Assembly (NCBI GenBank): GCA_046542505.1
Contig: JBKHBH010000073.1
Coordinates: 1-11,058, forward strand
DNA: 11,058 bases
Reading direction: 5' to 3'
Source of the DNA: Thermovirgaceae bacterium
GTDB lineage: Bacteria > Synergistota > Synergistia > Synergistales > Thermovirgaceae
The number at the start of each line of letters is the position of its first letter. The stretch's first letter is position 1. The translations under genes and the position numbers were made by a program. This document shows positions 6,478 to 11,058 of the stretch, one piece after another. The notes under the pieces are model-generated. The model ran no database searches, was not told where the DNA came from, and worked only from the letters and a program-made list of their open reading frames with translations.

Positions 6478-8058
6478 GTGAGCGTAAAGGTTCTCGTTGT
6501 CGATGATGAACCGCTGACCCGGGAGGCTTACGGGAGCGTCATCCGGAAGTGGCGGCAGGACGTAACGATCCGGGAGGCCAGGAACGTCCCGGAAATGCTG
6601 CAAACGGCCCGGGAGTGGGATCCTGACGTTATCCTGCTTGACATCAGGATCCCCGGCGGTGACGGCCTGACGGCGATGAAGACTCTCAGGGACGAGGGGT
6701 TCATGAATGAAGCGGTTGTTACTACTGCCTTCGACATGTTTTCTTATGCGAAGTTCGCCATGGATGTCCGGGCTTCGTCTTTTCTGGTGAAACCGATTCG
6801 CCCCAACCTCATGATCGAGGCCCTGGAAAAGGCGATGAAAACCCTCATTGCAAGACGGGGGAAGGACGAAAGGCTGTTGAACGCCCATCAGTTTCTCCGG
6901 GCCAACAGGGGGCCCATTGCGATGAATATCCTGACGAACCTGATACGGCAGCCGGGCCATGAAGAGGAGATGGCTGCACTCTGCGGCGAAATCGGTTTTC
7001 CGCCGGCGAGGCCGTGCCATTTCTTTGGAATCATCGCCCTTCCGGGTGATGAGAAGGAGGCTTACTGGGAACATCTTTTGCTCATTGATGCCATCCAGGA
7101 CATCCTTGGCGAAGATGTCACCGTTTTTCCCTGGAAAAACCATTCCGTCCTTCTTTTCGTACCCACCGATGGTGTGACCGTTTCGCCGGAAGACCTTTCC
7201 CTCAGGATTCTAGAGGCTATATCGCGAAACAGCCTTCAGGGAAACGTCGTTTACGGAGGCTGTGTTGCCGATTTGCAAACTCTCCCGGACGTCGTTTCCG
7301 ATGTTGAAGGAAGACTGGATGAAAGTCTTTTGGGTGGAACCGGGAGAGCCCTTTGGGAAAAAGCTCAAGAGGAGGAAGAAGAAAGCACCGAAACTGACCT
7401 TGCCGTTTTCGCCTTGAAGAAGGCCCGATCTCTTATCCTTGATGCCGTCCGGAACAACCAGCCTTATTACCTTTCCAGGGGGCTCGAAGTCATCGCCGAA
7501 AACACGGACAAGGTTTTATCCAGGGACCTGGAGATAGCGAAACTGGGATATCTGTCCATTCTTGGTTGTGTGTCGGAAATCCTTCTGGAACTTAATTGCG
7601 ATTTCTCTGAAATCAGGAGCTGGGGAAGGAGAAACACCCTGGAAATCTTTTCATGCACCAACCCGACGAAGCTTGCAACGGTGGTGGAAACTGCATTTCA
7701 GGAAGCCCTGCAGATACGGGGGTCAGTCCTCCAGTCCCATTCCTCCGTTGTCCATAACGCCATGAATTACATACAGCAAAATTACGATGACCTTTCCCTC
7801 GAGACCACGGCGGATTACGTGCATGTTACCCCGGAGCATTTGAGCCGGTTGTTCCAGAAAGTCCTGAAGAAACGCTTTGTCGATGTTGTGAGGGAGATAC
7901 GGATCGAAAGGGCGAAAGCCCTTCTTCTGGAAGGAATGAGCGTAAGGGATGTCGCCATTTCCGTGGGCTATGGCAATATCTCCTATTTCAGCACCCTCTT
8001 CAAACAGGAAACGGGCGTCAGCCCGAGCGCTTTCAGGGAACAACAAGCACCGTCCTGA
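6478..8058 (+). CDS. Response regulator, REC plus C-terminal AraC-type HTH (YesN-like)
   Basis: GTG 6478 lies 4 nt after the kinase stop, with AAGGGGTG upstream. REC motifs VLVVDDE, LLDIRIPGGDG, TTAFD and FLVKP. AraC motifs LSLETTADYVHVTPEHLSRLFQK and VAISVGYGNISYFSTLFKQETGVSPSAFR. 526 aa. Confidence 0.93.
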   Translation: MSVKVLVVDDEPLTREAYGSVIRKWRQDVTIREARNVPEMLQTAREWDPDVILLDIRIPGGDGLTAMKTLRDEGFMNEAVVTTAFDMFSYAKFAMDVRASSFLVKPIRPNLMIEALEKAMKTLIARRGKDERLLNAHQFLRANRGPIAMNILTNLIRQPGHEEEMAALCGEIGFPPARPCHFFGIIALPGDEKEAYWEHLLLIDAIQDILGEDVTVFPWKNHSVLLFVPTDGVTVSPEDLSLRILEAISRNSLQGNVVYGGCVADLQTLPDVVSDVEGRLDESLLGGTGRALWEKAQEEEEESTETDLAVFALKKARSLILDAVRNNQPYYLSRGLEVIAENTDKVLSRDLEIAKLGYLSILGCVSEILLELNCDFSEIRSWGRRNTLEIFSCTNPTKLATVVETAFQEALQIRGSVLQSHSSVVHNAMNYIQQNYDDLSLETTADYVHVTPEHLSRLFQKVLKKRFVDVVREIRIERAKALLLEGMSVRDVAISVGYGNISYFSTLFKQETGVSPSAFREQQAPS

Positions 8059-8081
8059 AAAATCGCGGGAGCAGGGCCAGG

Positions 8082-8100
8082 GAAAACCGCGACGGTTTTC
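8082..8100. terminator. Short hairpin between convergent genes; possible weak terminator
   Basis: GAAAACCG-CGA-CGGTTTTC, 24 nt after the regulator stop. The stem is short and there is no separate U-tail. Confidence 0.35.
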
Positions 8101-8174
8101 ATGCCTTTGCGGTGCGCCTGGCTGGTTTCTGCTGAAATCCTGTACCAGAATGCGCGAAAAGCCATCAATCGGAA

Positions 8175-8903
8175 TCAGCGTGACCCAGGTGTTTTCGGCG
8201 TTCGGGGTTTTGATCCTTGCTTCGGGTTATGTTCGCTCCGCATCCACGACTGGAGGTCGTTGGAGGTGTATTCGAGGTGTTTCTTGAGAGCCGCCAGGGA
8301 GGCTTCAAGGTTGCCCGCCGCCACGGCGGAAAGTATCTCCCTGTGCTGTCGTTCCGATTCCTTCCTCATTGAACCGAGATGATCCCGGATTGTCCTGTCT
8401 GTTTTCTGCCTGAGTCTGGAAACGGTGTCCACCGTCAGCGGCCGGTCCGCCGGTTCGTAAAGCAGGGCGTGAAAAAGGAAGTTGAGGTCCCGCCACCGGA
8501 TGCAGTCCGTCTCCCTTTCCATGGCGTCGAGTACGTCTTCCGCCTCCTCGACGATGCGCCGGGTAATCCTGTCAAAGGCGATTCTCATGAGGTTCGTCTC
8601 TAGGGCGGAGATCATCTCGTAGAGTTCCCGGGCTTCTTCCAGGGAGAGCTCCGTCACGAAGGCGCCCCGGTATCCCCTGAATTCCACGAGCCCCTCCGTT
8701 TCAAGAAGCCGAAGGGCCTCCCTCAGGGGGATGGGACTCACCCCGAGCTTCATGGCTATCTGAGCCTGGTGAAGGGGGCTTCCCTCGATGAAAATGCCTC
8801 TGTAGATGGCCTCGCGCAGGATGTTGGCGATATGATGGGGGGCGCTGCTGTCGCCGCTCATCTTTCGCGCAAGATCTTTCAAGGTTGCCTTTTCCCCGGG
8901 CAT
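8175..8903 (-). CDS. GntR-family transcriptional regulator (wHTH plus FCD domain)
   Basis: IANILREAIYRG.F..G..L.Q..IA..LGVSPIPLREALRLLETEGLV....YRGAFV, followed by an FCD with N..FH, QH..IL and L..HL. Start at ATG 8903 with AGGGG at 8913-8917. Confidence 0.92.
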   Translation of the reverse strand: MPGEKATLKDLARKMSGDSSAPHHIANILREAIYRGIFIEGSPLHQAQIAMKLGVSPIPLREALRLLETEGLVEFRGYRGAFVTELSLEEARELYEMISALETNLMRIAFDRITRRIVEEAEDVLDAMERETDCIRWRDLNFLFHALLYEPADRPLTVDTVSRLRQKTDRTIRDHLGSMRKESERQHREILSAVAAGNLEASLAALKKHLEYTSNDLQSWMRSEHNPKQGSKPRTPKTPGSR

Positions 8904-8927
8904 TTCCAGAGTCCCCTTTCGCGGTTC

Positions 8928-8945
8928 CAAAAAATATATTTTTTG
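8928..8945. promoter_or_regulatory. 18-bp perfect palindrome, candidate GntR operator
   Basis: CAAAAAATATATTTTTTG lies in the gntR-kbl divergent intergenic region. A partial copy AAAATATA follows at 8951-8958. Confidence 0.5.
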
Positions 8946-8984
8946 TAAGGAAAATATACGAAAAGCCTCCGATACTATAGCCCT

Positions 8985-9016
8985 TTGACAGCACCCTGCA
9001 ACCCTCAGGATACTAT
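8985..9016 (+). promoter_or_regulatory. Putative sigma70 promoter of kbl-tdh
   Basis: Perfect TTGACA at 8985-8990 and -10-like GATACT at 9009-9014 (18-bp spacer). SD AAGGAG precedes ATG 9057. Confidence 0.55.
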
Positions 9017-9056
9017 ATTCAAACTACCACAAATTACAGGACAAGGAGTGAGCTCC

Positions 9057-10244
9057 ATGGCTGTCCCGATGAGATTCCTCACCGAAGACCTTGAGGCGCT
9101 GAAAGAGGCAGGTCTGTATGGAACGATCCGGACCATCGAAAGTCCCCAGGGGGCCTGGGTAAAGATCGACGGCAAGGACTATATCAACCTCTGCAGCAAT
9201 AACTATCTCGGACTTTGCAACGACCCGAGGCTGGTTGAGAAGGTCAAGGAATACGTCGACAAGTACGGTGTGGGCCCAGGCGCCGTCAGGACCATTGCGG
9301 GAACCATGACGCCCCACATCGAACTCGAGAGGAAGCTCGCCGAGTTCAAGGGGGCCGAGGCCGCCATTGTGGTCCAGTCTGGATTTTGCGCCAACCTCGC
9401 CGTGATCCCCACGCTGGTGCCTGCGGCTGAAGACGTTATCTTCAGCGACTCCCTGAACCACGCGTCCATCATAGACGCGTGCCGCCTTTCAAAAGCGAAG
9501 GTTGTCAGGTATGAGCACTCCAACCTAGACGACCTGAAGGCAAAGCTTGAGGAGTACAAGGGAAAGGGAAACAAGCAACTTCTTGTAACAGACGGCGTTT
9601 TTTCCATGGACGGCGACATTGCGAAACTTCCTGAAATCGTCGACCTATGTGAGGAATACGGTGTCATTGTCGTTGTCGACGACGCCCACGGCGAAGGCGT
9701 CCTTGGCCGAGGCGGCCGGGGAATCGTCGACCACTTCAATCTGCACGGCAGGGTTGACGTGGAAGTGGGCACCCTATCAAAGGCTTTCGGCGTCATGGGC
9801 GGCGTCATCGCCGGAAGTGAGACCCTCGTGGACTACATCCGCCAGAAGGCTCGGCCCAACCTTTTCAGCAGTGCCCTCACCATTCCAGATGTGGCGGCAA
9901 ACCTGGCGTCGGTAGAGCTTTTGACGGAAACCGAAGACCGCTTCAACAAGTTATGGAGCAACGGGAGGTTCCTCAAAAAGGAGCTCAAGGCGGCAGGTTT
10001 CGACACGGGCAACAGCGAGACGCCTATCACGCCTGTCATCATTGGCGAGGCCCAGGCAGCCAAGGATTTCAGCGCACGCCTTTTCGACAAGGGCGTCTTT
10101 GCCACGGCCATCGCCTTCCCGACGGTCCCCAGGGGCACCGCGAGGATCCGCTGCATGGTTTCCGCGGCCCATTCCGAGGATGACCTCAGCCGCGCCGTGG
10201 AGACCTTCAAGGAAGTCGGTAGAGAAATGGGGATCATTTCATGA
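9057..10244 (+). CDS. kbl: Glycine C-acetyltransferase (2-amino-3-ketobutyrate CoA ligase), PLP-dependent
   Basis: NLCSNNYLGL, GPGAVRTIAGT, SDSLNHASIID, TDGVFSMDGD, DDAHGEG and the PLP lysine motif GTLSKAFG. 395 aa from ATG 9057. The adjacent threonine dehydrogenase supports kbl over bioF. Confidence 0.92.
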   Translation: MAVPMRFLTEDLEALKEAGLYGTIRTIESPQGAWVKIDGKDYINLCSNNYLGLCNDPRLVEKVKEYVDKYGVGPGAVRTIAGTMTPHIELERKLAEFKGAEAAIVVQSGFCANLAVIPTLVPAAEDVIFSDSLNHASIIDACRLSKAKVVRYEHSNLDDLKAKLEEYKGKGNKQLLVTDGVFSMDGDIAKLPEIVDLCEEYGVIVVVDDAHGEGVLGRGGRGIVDHFNLHGRVDVEVGTLSKAFGVMGGVIAGSETLVDYIRQKARPNLFSSALTIPDVAANLASVELLTETEDRFNKLWSNGRFLKKELKAAGFDTGNSETPITPVIIGEAQAAKDFSARLFDKGVFATAIAFPTVPRGTARIRCMVSAAHSEDDLSRAVETFKEVGREMGIIS

Positions 10245-11058
10245 AACGGATCCTGGTAACCGGTTCCAACGGCCAGATAGGGTACGAGCTCGTTCCCTAC
10301 CTGCGGAAGGTTTACGGCGCGGAAAACATTTTGGCTACTGCCCGAAGCAGGAAGCCCGGCCCCGTTTCGGAGGGCGGCCCCTTTGAGCTGCTGGAGGTCC
10401 GGGACGGGAAGACCTTTTCCAGGCTCATGTCCACTTTCAAGGTTGACGCCGTGGTCCATCTTGCCGGGATTCTCTCAGCGAAGGGCGAGGCCAATCCGCC
10501 GGAATCCTGGGACATCAACGCAGGAGGCTGCTTCACGGCCCTTGAATGTGCCAGGGAAAACGGCGCGGCATTCTTTTTCCCCAGCTCCATCGCGGCTTTT
10601 GGCCCCTCCACGCCTGCGGACAACACCCCCCAGGTGACCATACAGCGGCCGTCCACCATTTATGGTGTCGCCAAGGTGACGGGGGAACTCCTCTGCGACT
10701 ATTACCACAAGAAATTCGGCCTCGACACCCGGGGCCTACGCTTTCCGGGGCTCATTTCCTACAAGGCCCTCCCGGGAGGCGGAACCACGGATTACGCTGT
10801 TCATATTTACTACGAGGCCCTTTCGCAGGGCAGGTACACCAGCTATATCGCCCAGGGCACCCGCATGGACATGATGTACATGCCCGACGCCCTCGCGGCG
10901 GTGGTACAGCTTATGGAAGCCGACCCTTCCAGGCTGATAAACCGCAACGCCTACAACATCTCGGCCATGAGCTTCGCTCCCGAGGATATCGCCGCGTCCA
11001 TCAAAAAGGTCATCCCCTCCTTCGAGATCGATTACGACGTTGACCCGGACAGGCAGGC
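10241..11058 (+). CDS. tdh: L-threonine 3-dehydrogenase, SDR/GalE-like type (runs off the right edge)
   Basis: Manual translation from the ATG overlapping the kbl stop (ATGA): MKRILVTGSNGQIGYEL...HLAGILSAKGE...PSSIAAFG...RPSTIYGVAK...LRFPGLIS...PGGGTTDYAV...MMYMPDA. These are SDR-TDH signature motifs, including YxxxK. Not in the ORF track because there is no stop in the window. Confidence 0.9.
   Translation, partial: MKRILVTGSNGQIGYELVPYLRKVYGAENILATARSRKPGPVSEGGPFELLEVRDGKTFSRLMSTFKVDAVVHLAGILSAKGEANPPESWDINAGGCFTALECARENGAAFFFPSSIAAFGPSTPADNTPQVTIQRPSTIYGVAKVTGELLCDYYHKKFGLDTRGLRFPGLISYKALPGGGTTDYAVHIYYEALSQGRYTSYIAQGTRMDMMYMPDALAAVVQLMEADPSRLINRNAYNISAMSFAPEDIAASIKKVIPSFEIDYDVDPDRQ

Noticed and set aside
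9057..10244. bioF (8-amino-7-oxononanoate synthase) assignment
   Set aside because: Same PLP family, but the ATGA coupling to a threonine dehydrogenase and the absence of bio genes favour kbl.
10546..11043. 165-aa + strand ORF
   Set aside because: It is an off-frame shadow inside the tdh reading frame that starts at 10241.
1..11058. CRISPR arrays, IS elements, integrases, tRNA/rRNA, defence systems
   Set aside because: I saw no regularly spaced repeats, transposase or integrase motifs, or RNA-gene signatures. Intergenic gaps are short and explained by promoters and terminators.

Overview
Bacterial chromosomal window with no mobile element, CRISPR array or RNA gene that I can support; the gene content suggests an anaerobic amino-acid fermenter (inference, possibly Synergistota). 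Bases 1-8058 form a self-contained uptake/catabolic locus: a minus-strand operon dctM-dctQ-(Nit1-like amidase)-(atypical RraA/HMG-aldolase-family protein)-dctP ending in a strong intrinsic terminator, then a divergent AlaDH/PNT-family oxidoreductase gene (not in the ORF track, truncated at the left edge). Transcribed divergently from the operon is a cytoplasmic PocR-domain LytS/YesM-type histidine kinase with a REC-AraC response regulator. The promoters of the operon and of the oxidoreductase gene share a paired T7G-containing motif with near-identical geometry, which suggests one regulon. Bases 8175-11058 hold a GntR/FCD regulator divergent from kbl and an SDR-type threonine dehydrogenase (not in the ORF track, truncated at the right edge) whose cofactor loop looks NADP-type rather than NAD-type.
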